Of a stretch of 64,000 nucleotides of DNA, positions 24,995-37,625 are shown in pieces. A program made the translations under genes and the position numbers. The stretch's first letter is position 1; every line of letters begins with the position of its first letter. This DNA comes from Felis catus (lineage: Eukaryota): positions 105,588,001-105,652,000 of the forward strand of contig NC_058368.1 of assembly GCF_018350175.1 (NCBI RefSeq), in the 5' to 3' direction. The notes beneath the pieces are model-generated. The model was not told the origin of the DNA and searched no databases. It saw nothing but the letters and a program-made list of their open reading frames with translations.

Positions 24995-27865
24995 TCTGCC
25001 ATTAATACTAGCTCAGAATGGACTCAGCAGCAGAAATATAAATTTTGGCAATTAATAAACATGTTTATATAAGAACACATTTACACAGAAAGTAAACATG
25101 TTTTGGAAATGTATCTCTTGATGAGATGAATGTTTATGTTGTGGGTTGTCCCTCTGTTTGCCTCTCCTCTGTCCCTGGGACAGCATGGTGAGATTCTGGG
25201 GGGTGAGACCCATGCCTGTCTTGCATCGTGGGATGCAAGGAAGAAGAAGGGAGGGAAGTGGGAGAAGAGAAGGACTTCCAGTCCAACTACTGCAGGCGTT
25301 TTCTCAGGCTGACCAGTTTGATGAAGGAGAACACGACCAAGGTGGAAGGTCTGCCCGAGTAGTGCTTGGAAAGTCCTGGCTGTCTCCCGCCTTAGAGTCC
25401 AACCCTCCCCACCTCCGCCTTGGCCATTTCAGTAGCTCTAATCCCTGGGTTCCCTTCTCATCCGTGCTGCACCCAGCCATCGGGCTTCTCTCTCAGAGTG
25501 ACAAACTTGACCGTTTCTGACTTGGCTCCCAAAACTCGCTGCTCACATCTTCCCCCTGCCTTCTGATCTTCTGTCTTTATCTACCATGTCCAAACTCCTG
25601 AGTGGCTCTCTTCATGAGCTGGGTCCCGCCTGCCTCCATTATACCCTTACCTGCCCCCACCTCTGCCCTTATCCCCTGTCTCCTCTTGCAGTCTGAATGT
25701 TTTCAGAGCATGTTCCATAAATTTCTCAGCTCTGTATTCCTGTCACGTAACAGGCTGCTGGGGAATAGCAGAAAATTAAATGTCAGAGAAAGGGAAAGAA
25801 GAATACTGTTATTTCTTTCCAAATCACCATAAAATGTTTCAGTGTGGAGTAGAAGGAGACACAGAGAGCTTATACCTATCAGACATGAAGGTTTATAGGA
25901 CCATGAAATGATTGGTTCTTGCCTGTGCGGCATTTTAATATTTTTATGAAAAGTATACACCAGATGTGGGCCTTGCCTTTTTTGGGCTGTAAAGTCTGAT
26001 TGGGAAGGGGCCACGTGTGTGTTCTCTTCATTTCTTCGTGCAGGGTGGGCTGTACGTATATATTAAATGACAATGAATTGCCAGAGGGTTAGGCTGGTTT
26101 GTTGGTCTTGGCACTCTCGTTAACCATGGTGATGTTAATAATGAAATTCCCTGTTTGAACACAGCTTCTTTTCATCCACAATATGACATAATGTGGCTTT
26201 GAAGTCTCATTTTAGGAAGGGGAGAACAAAAGGAATATTGGTGTTAGAAAGTTCCAATACTGTGTTTCCCCTGAATGTGTCTTTTAATTGTACTTCCATA
26301 AAAAAAAAGTATTGAGTTGCAGGAGATAGGGACTTTTCCCATTCTGTCCCAGAAGGAAACTGAATGAAGCATGAGGATACCTACAATAGCTTGAGGCTCC
26401 ATGGGGAGCGTGCGTGTTGACCCTGGTCTTTGAATCAAGTTCTTACCACCAGAAGGGGCGAGATAAATCTTAAGCAGGAGGAACATGTCATGGAATCAAG
26501 TGACAGCATCAGTCATTGCCTGTCACGGTGGAGTCAAGGTCTAATCACAGAAAGCCTTTTGGTTCTTAGTTGTGTTTTCCACAAGAGGCTGACTGACATC
26601 CTTAAAATATTTCAGTTTTACCTGTTATAAAAATCCACCGGTCTTTATTCCTTTGGGAATCTCCACGGCCTCTCTGGATCATGTGTCATAGACATATTTA
26701 TGCTTTTCAGAAGCCCTGAGGCTTCCTGGCAAGGTGAGTAAGGGAAGCCATTAGCAGAGGCAGCTTTCCCTCTGGTTGTGTGTTGTCAGTGGCTGATCTC
26801 CCAAATTATTGAGACTCTCAACAGCTTTAAAGGGCTCAGTGCATAAGAGTATAAATTCTGTCGATGGAGTGAGTCTGGAAATTCAAGTACAGAAAATTGT
26901 TGTCTTTTTAACTGAAAGGAGACAATGCTATATACACGTGGGTAGAATCAGGGGAGGCTGTATGAGGGTCACAGAGAAAGAGCTGAGCATTTAATAATAA
27001 GGAAAGGAAAGACTGCTTCCTCTCTCTTATAGCCAGTTCGATAGGGTGCAACCCTCCATTATTAAATGCCCTCAGAAGAAAGCTAAGGGAATAGAATGAC
27101 GTTCCAATGCCCTGTTTTGGCCTCATGGTAGTGGCAACTGGGAAGAAGGAGGGAGATATGGAGAATGGAGGTGGGGTGGGAATGGGGCCATGTTTCAGGT
27201 GGTGGGTAGTGTATCGCTGTCTTAGCCTTTCAAGGCCCAGGTCTGTGGAAGCAAGGAAAATACTGTTTTTCTGGGAGAGATAATTGTGCTAACAGGGCAG
27301 GTAGTCATAACTGTATGCCCCGTGGCCGAGGGGGATGTGGCCGATTGCCATGGAGAGAAGGGTGTGAAGTGTTTATTCTGGGCAGCTGCGATAGGAATAG
27401 AAAACCCTCGCCTGGATCATGCTTGTGCCCCCTCTGTGATTTCTACCTTAACCACAGGTTTCCTTGAGAAAGAATTATAGCCCTTTGAAGAATCGTAGCG
27501 CCACATATATTTATTTCTCCTTTCTCCCGTATTCACTCTGAATGTCGTAGGATGAAATCCATCCATCCTGGTGAAGTCAGCTCCGGGAACTTGCAAGCTT
27601 TTGAGTTACGGAGTGTCGGGTAAAAAGTGAGTCAGGGCAAGAAATAGACTCATAAACTTAGTTTAAGTTGGGAGGGACCAGACCATAGGAATGATCTGGT
27701 TACAATGCTTTTATTTTACAGACAAGGAAAAGAAAACAAAAGGTTTCTTGCCTGATCACAGAGCCAAAGGGATGGGAGAATCAGAGCAAGAATCCATGGT
27801 TAGCAATTGCTCATTCAGTACAATTTCTTCTTTCCCAGGCTGTTTTCACACTAGGTCCATACTAA

Positions 27866-27869
<4 letters not shown>

Positions 27870-27903
<34 letters not shown>

Positions 27904-27917
27904 AGAGAGAGAGAGAG
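27870..27917. repeat. Compound (TG)n/(GA)n microsatellite
   Basis: Direct reading. Confidence 0.95.
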
Positions 27918-29162
27918 GTGAAGGTGGGTACCCATGGGCCCACAGCATACCCACGCACATACTTTTAGGCTGATCTATACTAATCCTTAGCAATGACACC
28001 TTTGGCCATTGGTGGGCCCTCTGATCTCAGAATACACACAGACCCCCAGCCTGGATGTGGTGATGGACAAATACAGCCATGCCTGCTCTTTTGGCTCCTG
28101 TGATGAGGCTGACTCATTGACTTCACAGGCTGCTGGCTAGCTTAGGCAGCAGTTCACGTCCCTGGAAGAAGTCTCTGAGTCTTAATACATACTCTTAATG
28201 CATGGCCCCTTGATTGTTGGTAGGAGGGACCCATACTTGTCCCCACTCTAGGGCTATGTGATATATGGTGAGCAGCAATACAGAGTCCTGTTCTGAATAG
28301 GGTTGTATCATTCTGAAACTCTTTTGTCCATCTGAGCCGCTTTGGCCCCACCAAATGTTTTGTAAGGACAGACCTCATTTAGCATCATATTTAGGGTCTT
28401 ACTATTTTCCCTAGACAGATACTGTGAAGAAAAATGTGAAATGAGCTTATTAAACATCTATTACCTCTGCTGTTTAAAAACAATTTAAAAAAAATCTCCT
28501 GTGAACATTTATTAGAGATATTAATGCCAACCAGGGATAATTAACATGTGCAGGACCTCACCATGCTGCCTCTTAATTATGCTTCATTTGCACCAAGGAA
28601 TTGAGATTTGATTCTTTCCAAACTGTGCTGTTGGCTGACCTTACCGGGATTAGGTCATTAAACACCAGTATTTCTTAACCAGATTCTCTGCAGACACTAC
28701 ACATTCAAGCAATCATTTGTTTTCCTTTTCCTCTTTGCTAAAGCATCTGTTGTAGGTGGCATTGTTTCAATCCCACTTAATCAACAAATTAAACTTTCCC
28801 ACGAATGAAGAATAGTCCCTAAAATTTCTTGAACTGCCCTGGCTTCCTCTGGGCACACTTACAAACACAGCCTGGTAAAAGCTGAATGGTGACTAATGCT
28901 ACCAGAAACGGGTGTTCCGAATCTTACATGGTGGCCTCCCTGGTTTGCACTGGGGGAGCATCCCACGTACCACAGAGAATATGATACACAGATGGGGATG
29001 GCCGTACCTCATAGGCAGAGCCAACTTGTGGGCATATTAGATAATGCAAGAAATGCTCAGGGTGCTAACTATTCAAACCTCACGTTGTCCCACAGTGTAT
29101 TGCCTTAGCCCCACAGTAAATACTTCCTCTACTCCCCTCAGAAAACATCGTGTTAAAAAAAG

Positions 29163-29324
29163 GGGGCGCCTGGGTGGCTCAGTGGGTGAAGCGTTCAACT
29201 CTTGATCTCTGCTCAGGTCATGATGTCATGGTCGTGGGTTTGAGCCCCGCATTGGGCTCTGTACTGACAGAGCGGAGCCTGCTTGGGATTCTCTCTCTCT
29301 CTCTGGCCGTTCCCCACTCATTTG

Positions 29325-29364
<40 letters not shown>

Positions 29365-29385
29365 AGAAGAAACAACAAAGCAAAA
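29163..29385 (+). mobile_element. Can-SINE
   Basis: ggggcgcctgggtggctcagtggg..., long (CT)n. Confidence 0.92.
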
Positions 29386-32146
29386 CATTGTCTTGCTTCT
29401 CATTAGTGATGAGTTAGCCCAATGTGTTTCTAAAGTGTGCTTTTAAAAGTTAATCTCCCGTTTAGGGAAGGTATCCCCCTACCCTTTTATTTTTTAATAG
29501 TGTTTTCTGACTCTAGCTCATATGTAAATACCAAGATATTCATTCCTGCTGGCTTCATTCAGTAACACCTCATGTTCCAAGGCAAACGTAGCAAATTAGG
29601 CTGTTCAGGTATTGTACTTTGACTTCTTATTACATGTGCCTGTTTGGTTTTGTTTTCTTTGTGGCTGTACCAGGAGTGACAAGAAAAATAATTCATAATC
29701 CTGATAAGTTACTCAAAACGAACTATTGGAGAAGAAAACCCAACCCTCCCACACCCCACCCCGGATTGATTAAAGACCACAGGTTCCCAAGACTCATACC
29801 TTCATTTCCTTTGATTAAGGCACGATTTGGGTGTGTTCCTAAGTACTTTACTTGTTCTATAAGGTTTAGGGAGAGAGGGGCTGGTGTGATGAGGAAAGGG
29901 AGCTGACATTTCTGGGTTGGCGCAGATTAAGTGCCGTTTGGCAGCTCTCTGATCACTGAGGTATAGGAAAAAGATCAGCCAAATCATTGACTAAATTAAT
30001 TCTGACACATAACACTAAAGATAGCTGGAGGTCACATCAAAAGAATGTGTTCCACCTCTTTTCACCATTTGGAGAGAAGTGGGGGAGACAATAAGTCATT
30101 TGAGGTTCTTGACTAAGCATAGTAGAGTATTAATAACCACAGGACAGCCAGTAGTAAGCAGGGAATGGAGGTGGGGCATATGCTGAGCCCCTCCCCTCTG
30201 CCTAGTTTTATGCTACGTGAGTTCTAAATGCCTTATTTCATTTAACCCCAGAGGCACTTTGGGAGAGGTAAACAATAATCCCTACATTGTCACTTAAGTG
30301 AAATAATTTGTCACGGTCACAGGGATAGCGCATGTCGTAGCTAGACCTTGAAACTTTTTTTTCTCATTCTGAAGTCCATTGTCTTTGCTTTCCTGGACTG
30401 CCTAGAAATGAAACAAGAAGCTTCTCTTCATATTCAGTTGGTAAGAACTTCTCCACTCAGTGATATAGACCATTTAGAACTCATATTTTCTAAAAGGCCT
30501 GGACTTTACCCATTTGATACCCGCAAATCACATCATCCGCCCGATGTATATAAACCATTTCCAAAGCATATTTCATCCTTAGAAATATGCTGAAATATTT
30601 CTCCTCCCCCAGATGCCCTGTGATAGCTTGGCTATTTGTGTCCACCTAAAATTCCTACGATGAAACCTAACCCCAATGTGATGGCACATAAAATAAATTT
30701 TACCTTCCCTTGCCAACCAGGAGAGAACATTCTTTTAGATCTTGTGCTGAGCCCAAGGGGAGCTGTATTTTATTTTAGTTTTACAGTGACTTCTCCAGGG
30801 AGTTGCTTAAGGAGTTAATATCTTTGTGCATCATTTTTTAATGGTTAGCTGTGGGGGAGGGGGGAGAGAAAAAGCCATTAAACCATTCAGGAATCCTGTC
30901 ACAGGTACTCACTCCTTTATTTAAGGACTGTAATTTCCAAAGCAGATCTCTAACCAAGTTTTGGCAGAAGGCCCTCCCTCTGGCCACCCCCAAGTGCCTT
31001 CCCATGCCTTCGAGTGAATCCTTCATCGCTGAGCTCCGAATGTAGTCACATTGCTAGTATTCTACAACACACAAGCCAAGTGTTTCTCTCAGAATTTGAC
31101 AAGTGATTCTGTAGACTCTCTTATGCACGGGTAGAATACACAGAGAAAGTCTTCAAGCCCCCATGTAAAAATATTTTTAGAACACAAAAACTCAAAACTA
31201 AAGAAAAAGCAAAAACACCTACCACCACAAGGGAAAATATTGTCATCTGTTTCTCTTATTCTCTTATCTGTGTCTCATCCTTCATTTGGATAGGTGCGGT
31301 GTTATTTTTAGACCCTCGTCTTTCTGAGTTAAGGCTCTTGTGATGGTTTTCCATACATTTTTACCACTGTTTTCGTCAATGTGCTTTTAATGGGGGATTG
31401 TTTGGTTTGGTAACCGGGCTGTTCAGGTGCAAGTGCTGCTGGCTTACGTAGTGCTGGGTCTGTGCTTCAAGCACGTCTGTGACTCATGTTGCATTTGCAC
31501 GTGGAGTTTTAGGGTTATGGCTGTTCTAACGGCATTTCCTCCGGGGAGCATTTTGGAATATCTTTGTTTTTTGAACCAGCCTCGTGGTAGATCTGATTCA
31601 TGACTTTCAGAACCGGAGTGAATTTGTCACCACCTCTTCTGGAAGCAATGCCTCTTTGTTTGAGGAGGAGTTCATTTTGCTGTTGATTTTAGCACCAGGT
31701 TTGGAGAAGAGACATGGAAGGCTATCAGGATATTTACGAATTACCGACTTATTAATTGACTTTCCAGTGCCTGTGCTTTCTTTCTTCTCGAAGTCATCAG
31801 TACTGTTTTCTATAACTTGTCTTATTTTGCTCTTTGCCAGATCTGTTTTCCTTTTTCCTTTTCCTTTGTGAGTGTATTTACCACATGGTAGTGATGTTTT
31901 ACTCATCCAGATATCTTGAATGTCACTTTTTTTTTTCTCCCTGCACAGGGAGGGTATGGGGAACTGGGTGAGTGGTGCTGCTTTGTTTCCAAGAGCTTGG
32001 TTCGTGTTCTGCATGTAAAATGGATGTGTAGAACAGGGGCTGATTCTGAAAGCAGAATGGCCCTTGGGAGAATCTTGTGTTTGGTTTACATTTTCTTTGC
32101 TTAATAAAGTCTACGTGACTTATAAATATTAAGAATCTTCATTGGT

Positions 32147-32323
32147 GGGGTGCCTGAGTGGCTCGGTCAGTTGAACATCCAACTCTTGATTTGGGCTCAG
32201 GTCATGATCTCACTCTTTGTGAGTTCGAACCCCATGTTGGACTCCATGTTGGCAGCATGGAGCCCCCTTGGGATTCTCACTCTCCTCTCTCTCTCTGCCT
32301 CTCCCCTGCTCTCTCTCTCTCTG

Positions 32324-32369
<46 letters not shown>

Positions 32370-32402
32370 TCTCTCTCAAAGTAAATAAACTTAAAAAAAA
32401 AA
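32147..32402 (+). mobile_element. Can-SINE with internal (CA)n microsatellite
   Basis: TSD aagaatcttca(t/c)tgg at 32131-32145 and 32403-32417. Confidence 0.93.
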
Positions 32403-33869
32403 AAGAATCTTCACTGGAGATGGCAGTTAGGGGAAAATATTTTTTCTCTCCATTTATCAGATAATTTTGATGCTAGGTCAAGCTTTTCTTCAGGGCAGTT
32501 ACTTCCTAATGAGAAGACCTGTTCTAACAGGACTGATATCAAACTGGTGGAAGTGACAATACAAGTCTCTAGCTTGGAAGAAATCTACAGTGGTTTACAG
32601 AAATTCATTCTAACAGGACTTTGACCCTTTGTGGAGCTCCCATGAGGACACCTAAAAAGGGACACACTGAAATTGCCTGGTGTTTTCACAGAGCTACTGG
32701 TTAAATGATAGCGAAGGCTGTCCCGATGGGGGAAGTCTTTTCTAGTCCTGGCACAGGACAACAGTGGCAGCCTTTGGCAGGCTCAGTCACCATTCAGGGA
32801 AGTTCCTTTTCTGTGTCCCCTTTTACTCCCTTATTTTTCACTTACTATCACAAAGCATTCTCATCAACAAATTCTGTGGGCTCCACCTCAGGTATATCCA
32901 GAAGCATCTCCTTTCCACCACCTCCCTGTGGCCACGCCCCTCCCTGAGATTACTGTGTTGACTTCCTCTCTGGTTCAACTTCTGCCCTTGCCTCTCCAGG
33001 GACAGTTTCCAGAGAAGCTAGCTTGGGGGGGGGGGGGTATCACATCACTTCATGTCTCCCTTCTAGCCCAGAAGTGGCTTCGCATTTCCCTCAAAATAAG
33101 ATTTAATGCTAATAAAATCCAGTCTCTTCACGAAGGCTTCCAAGGCGCTTCCCTTTTCTATCTCTCCAGCCCCCCTGTTTTCCCTCTCTTTTCTCGGCAT
33201 TCCCCTTTCTTGTTCTCAGGCACTTGCCAAGGTCAAGCCTCCTTTGCATCATCTGCCCTTGTTCTTCTCTCTCTTTCCTCAGATTTTTACATGGTTGACT
33301 CTTTGTCATTCAGCTCTCACCACCTCAGCCCTGCCTAGTTATTCTCCCTGAGAGTCTTCCCTGAATATACTGCCTTCGTAATCCCTGTCACTGCCTAGCA
33401 TTTTCTTTTTACTCTTCCTGTTTTCAGCGTCCCTAGCATATGTAGTACACAACATTGGAAACCTGGGTATTTTTTCTCGCGAGACGCTCAGAACTTAAAT
33501 AATGTCGGCACATTGCAGAATATTCGTACAGCGAATGAATGAAGAAATCAAGAAAGTACATACTCAGGAGTACATATGGAAGAGAGTAAACTGGAGAGAA
33601 AAGGTCTTTGTGTCTAGTCGTGCTGCATTTTTTTTCTTCACTCTTCATTAATGTATTTATTTAAGAACTATTTCATTGCTTACTATGTGCTAGGCACTGT
33701 TCCAGGTCATGTCAGTAGAGCATAAACCAGACAAGGCCTGTGCTGTCATGGTCATGACATTTGAGACTCAGGACACAGCACATGTCCAAGACTCGCTCAC
33801 GTATAATGAAGTCAGTGCCCACAGGATGTGCTATAGAATATGAGCAGAGAGGGGTCAGGATGACTTCTT

Positions 33870-34037
33870 TTTTTTTTTTCTTCATGTTTATTTATTTTTT
33901 GAGAAAGAGAGAGAGAGACAGACAGACAGACACGGAATCCACAGCAGGCCTTCTGAGCTGTCAGCCCAGAGCCGGACACGGCATGGTGACCTGAGCCGAG
34001 ATCAGACACTCAACCAACTGAGCCACCCAGGTGCCCC
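33870..34037 (-). mobile_element. Can-SINE (internally deleted)
   Basis: TSD cagga(t/c)gact(t/c)ctt. Confidence 0.88.
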
Positions 34038-34369
34038 AGGACGACTCCTTGAATTTGTGACTGGATGGTCTCCGAGGCCCCATCTCGCCCCAAGGTCTCA
34101 TTTCCACCTGATATGCAGTAGAAATAAACCGTAGGTGGTTGTTTCACATTGGAGAGGTGGACACTGCAAAGTCTCATGAAAAATGGAATGAACGCCAGAA
34201 TTTATACACAGATTCACTCATCTGGACGGCTGGGTGTAGCCCGAGGAGCACGAGAAATCACATCCAATTGGGTTCTCTCCAGCAATTATTTTGCTTTATC
34301 ACATGAATACGGAGTTTTATAAATGACTAGGTTGACCTTTCTGTGGTGACTACTGAAAAGCTTAATGCT

Positions 34370-34739
34370 GTACTTTTTGTTGTTACTATGTAACAAATCA
34401 CCCCAAAAGTTAGTGTCTTAAGCATTTTAGTGACTCATAGTTTAGTGGGTCAGCAATTTGTGCTGGGCTCAGCTGAGTGGGTTTTCTTGCCTGGTTTCCC
34501 TATGTGGCTCCAGTCATCTGGGGCTGAGCTGACACTGGCTATTGGTTGGGCCAAGTGTCTCCAGTGGCCTAGTCTGGGTTTCCTCACAGGGAGGCTGGTT
34601 GCAAGTGGTACAAGATGTCTTGAGAGCTGGCCCACAAGTTGGACAGTATGACATGCACTGAATTCTCTAGATAGAGCAAGCACAAAACAGCTTATTAAGC
34701 TTCTCCTGATGGGGGCAACTACAAAGAATTTGTGGCCAT
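34370..34739. mobile_element. MaLR (MLT1-like) solo LTR remnant
   Basis: tgtaacaaatcaccccaaaa..tagtg.cttaa at one end and ...gatgggggc...caaagaatttgtggccattttt at the other, as in recalled MLT1 LTRs. Confidence 0.65.
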
Positions 34740-34848
34740 TTTTTTTTAAGTTTATTTATTTTGAGAGCAAGAGCGTGCGAGCTGGGGAGGGGCAGAAAGA
34801 GAGAAGGAGAGAGAATCCCAAGCCGGTTCCATGCTGTCAGCTCAAAGC
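34740..34848 (-). mobile_element. 5'-truncated Can-SINE
   Basis: T-tail, GA tract, gagaatcccaagccggttccatgctgtcagc. TSD gtggccat at 34732-34739 and 34849-34856. Confidence 0.85.
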
Positions 34849-35669
34849 GTGGCCATATGCTACATGCCAAATGTGTGGCTTGGAGTACGTATACAGGAAT
34901 TGATTGTACAAGTTTTGTAGTAACCTCACTTCTGGCTCTGTTATAGGTCCTATGCTTGTTTGCAGTTTATTTCACTTTTCCCCCCTCTACTACTCCTTTA
35001 TGTTATCTTTTATATACCTTATGAAACTATCTTTAGTACTGTTATTTCTTATACCTTACTACAATTTACGATTTTTTTTTTCTGTATCTGGAGTGCTTTG
35101 TCTCAAAGTTTGCCCCTAGCTTTATGTGAATTTCTGTAGTACTTCACACCTTCATATTATCTCATATCTGGGTCTGGCTAACAGTCTCTCCAATGGCTTC
35201 CTCCGTCTTCCTGTGATGAAAAGAGGATATCCCAGCATGTCAGAGCAGCAAACAGGATTTGCCTCAATGTACACTATGGGAGCACTCTATTCTAGTCTCA
35301 TCTCTGTGACTTGATGGATGGACTTTCACACCCTTGCACTGGAAAGAAATGAAAACCCCAGAGCTGGAGGATTTTGGAAGAAACACGATCTTTGTGGCTT
35401 GCTTCTTCTCCCAAGTAGCTGGAAAGTGAAACAGATCCGATTGTAAAAATGAAAACTGATGTCCTTACTAACTGGAAGATGATCTGACATGATCAGGTTT
35501 CTTTGAGGGTTTCTTGCTTTGTCTCCTGATGTCTAACTACTGAGCCAGACTGCAGGAGAGCTATTGTGTTTTTGAAGACAAGCTGCCTGGTTTCTCAGTT
35601 GGCTTCTCTGGGCATGGGGATCACTGAAAAGAGGTTTTTCTCTAAATAACTCTAAGAGATGTATTTTTA

Positions 35670-37232
35670 ATATTTCCATTATTTATTTTTTAATCTCAGT
35701 ACAGTTGACACAGCCTTACATTAGTTTCAAGTGTACGACCTAGTGATTCAACAACTTTATATGCTATGCTTTGCTCCCTACGAGTAGCTACCGTCCGTCA
35801 CCACAGAGCGCTATTACAATATCCTTGACTCTCTTCCTGTGATGTGCCTTTTATCCCCATGACATACTCATTCCATAACTGGAAGCCTGTGTTTCCCACT
35901 CGCCTTCACCCATTTTGCCCACCTGCCCCCTCCTCTCTGGCACCCACCAGTTCTCTGTATTTATGGGTTTGTTTCTGCTTGTTTGTTCAGTTAGTTGGTT
36001 GGTTTTTAGATTTGACATGTAAGTGAAATCATACGGTATTTGTCTTCCTCGGTCTGACTTATTTCACTTAGCCTAATACCCTCTGGGTCCATCCAAGTTG
36101 TCACAAATGGCAAGACCTCATTTTTTTTATCTCCTTCCTTTTTGTGTCTGAGTAGTATTCTGTGTGTATGTGCTTGTGTGTGTGTGTGTGTGCGTGTGTG
36201 TGCACGCACGCGTGTATAAGCTTCTCTTGATGGTAGGAACTATAAGAATTGGTGGCCATTTTTTTTAAGTTTATTTTTTATTTTTATTTTTTGCATTTTA
36301 TTTTCAAATTGGTTTCCATACAACACCCAGTGCTCATCCCAAAAGGTGCCCTCCTCACTACCCATCACCCACCCTCCCTGCCCTCCCACCCCCCATCTAC
36401 CCCCAGTTTGTTTTCAGTTTTTAAGAATCTCTTATGCTTTGGCTCTCTCCATCTCTAACCTCTTTATTTTCCCTTCCCCTCCCCCATAGACTTATGTTAA
36501 GTTTCTCAGGACCCACATAAGAGTGAAAACATACGGTATCTGTCTTTCTCTGTATGACTTATTTCACTTAGCATAACACTCTCCAGTTCCAACCACATTG
36601 CTACAAAAGGCCGTATTTCATTCTTTCTCATTGCCATGTAGTATTCCATTGTGTATATAAACCACAACTTCTTTATCCATTCGTCAGTTGATGGACATTT
36701 AGGCTCTTTCCATAATTTGGCTATTGTTGAGAGTGCTGCTATAAACATTGGGGGGTACATGTGCCCCAATGCATCAGCACTCCTGTATCCCTTGTTTTGA
36801 AGTTTATTTGACAGACATATATATATGCACATGCACACTCCATCTTCTTTACCGTTTGTCTATCGATGGACACTTTGGTTGCTTCCATATGTTGGCTATT
36901 GTAAATAATGCGACAGTAAACACAGGGGTGTGTATGTTTTTCACATGGAATTCATGGATCATGTGGTATTTTTACTTTTAATTTTTTGCAGATCCTCCAT
37001 ACTATTTTCCACAGTAGTGGCACCATTTTACATTCTCACCAATAGTGCATGAGGGTTCCTTTTTCTCCACATCCTTGCCAACATTTGTTCTCTCTTTTCT
37101 TTTGGTCACTAGCTATTCTGACAGGAATGTGGGTATCTCATCATGGTTTTGATTTGGATTTCCCTGGTGGTTAGTGATGTTGAATATCTTTTCATGTGTC
37201 TCTTGGCCATTGGTTTCTATTCTTTGGAAAAC
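35670..37232 (-). mobile_element. Older L1 3' region (L1MA/L1_Carn-like), interrupted by the young L1 insertion
   Basis: L1 3'UTR/ORF2-end motifs (ttagtttcaagtgtac..., acttatttcacttagc..., tggacactttggttgcttccat...) on both sides of the insertion. Confidence 0.8.
36277..36794 (-). mobile_element. 5'-truncated young felid L1 (3' end) nested in an older L1
   Basis: Same 3'UTR/ORF2 tail type as 10487-11008. TSD-like tttt(t/g)aagtttattt at 36262-36276 and 36795-36809. Confidence 0.9.
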
Positions 37233-37234
37233 GT

Positions 37235-37309
37235 ATTTTTATTTATTTGTTTATTTTTAAAGTTTGATTTATTTATTTTGAGAGAGGGCATGTGTGCGAG
37301 TGGGGGAGG

Positions 37310-37349
<40 letters not shown>

Positions 37350-37446
37350 CCCAAGCAGTCTCTGCACTGTCAGCAAATGATAACATCATGAACTGAGCCA
37401 AAACCAAGAGTCAGACACTTAACCAACCAAGCCACCAATGTGCCCC
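37235..37446 (-). mobile_element. Can-SINE
   Basis: (GA)n tract, ends acttaaccaaccaagccaccaatgtgcccc. Confidence 0.88.
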
Positions 37447-37539
37447 AAAGTGTACTTTTATTTTTTTGAAATCTGCCTTATGAAGAAAAAAAAAAGGCAG
37501 GGTTTTTATCGAATACCCTTGTATTGCCAGTGCCTTGGC

Positions 37540-37625
37540 TAAAACCTGTCACTTCTCGCTTGAATTACTACAGTAGGCTCCCAACTGCGTTTCCTACTTC
37601 CATCTTTGTCCCCTCTACAGTCTAC
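37540..37625 (+). mobile_element. L2 remnant abutting the truncated 3' end of the L1
   Basis: cttgaattactacagtaggctcccaactg...cttccatctttgtcccctctacagtcta resembles recalled L2 body sequence. Confidence 0.5.

Noticed and set aside
31607..32014. 135-aa Lys/Ser-rich minus-strand ORF
   Set aside because: No recognisable domain or splice context, and its composition is explained by the T-rich plus strand. Would need tblastn or conservation support.
36277..36794. Idea that this fragment is the displaced 3' end of the 37626-43356 L1
   Set aside because: It has its own TSD-like flanks and is separated by older L1, SINE and L2 sequence, so it is an independent insertion.
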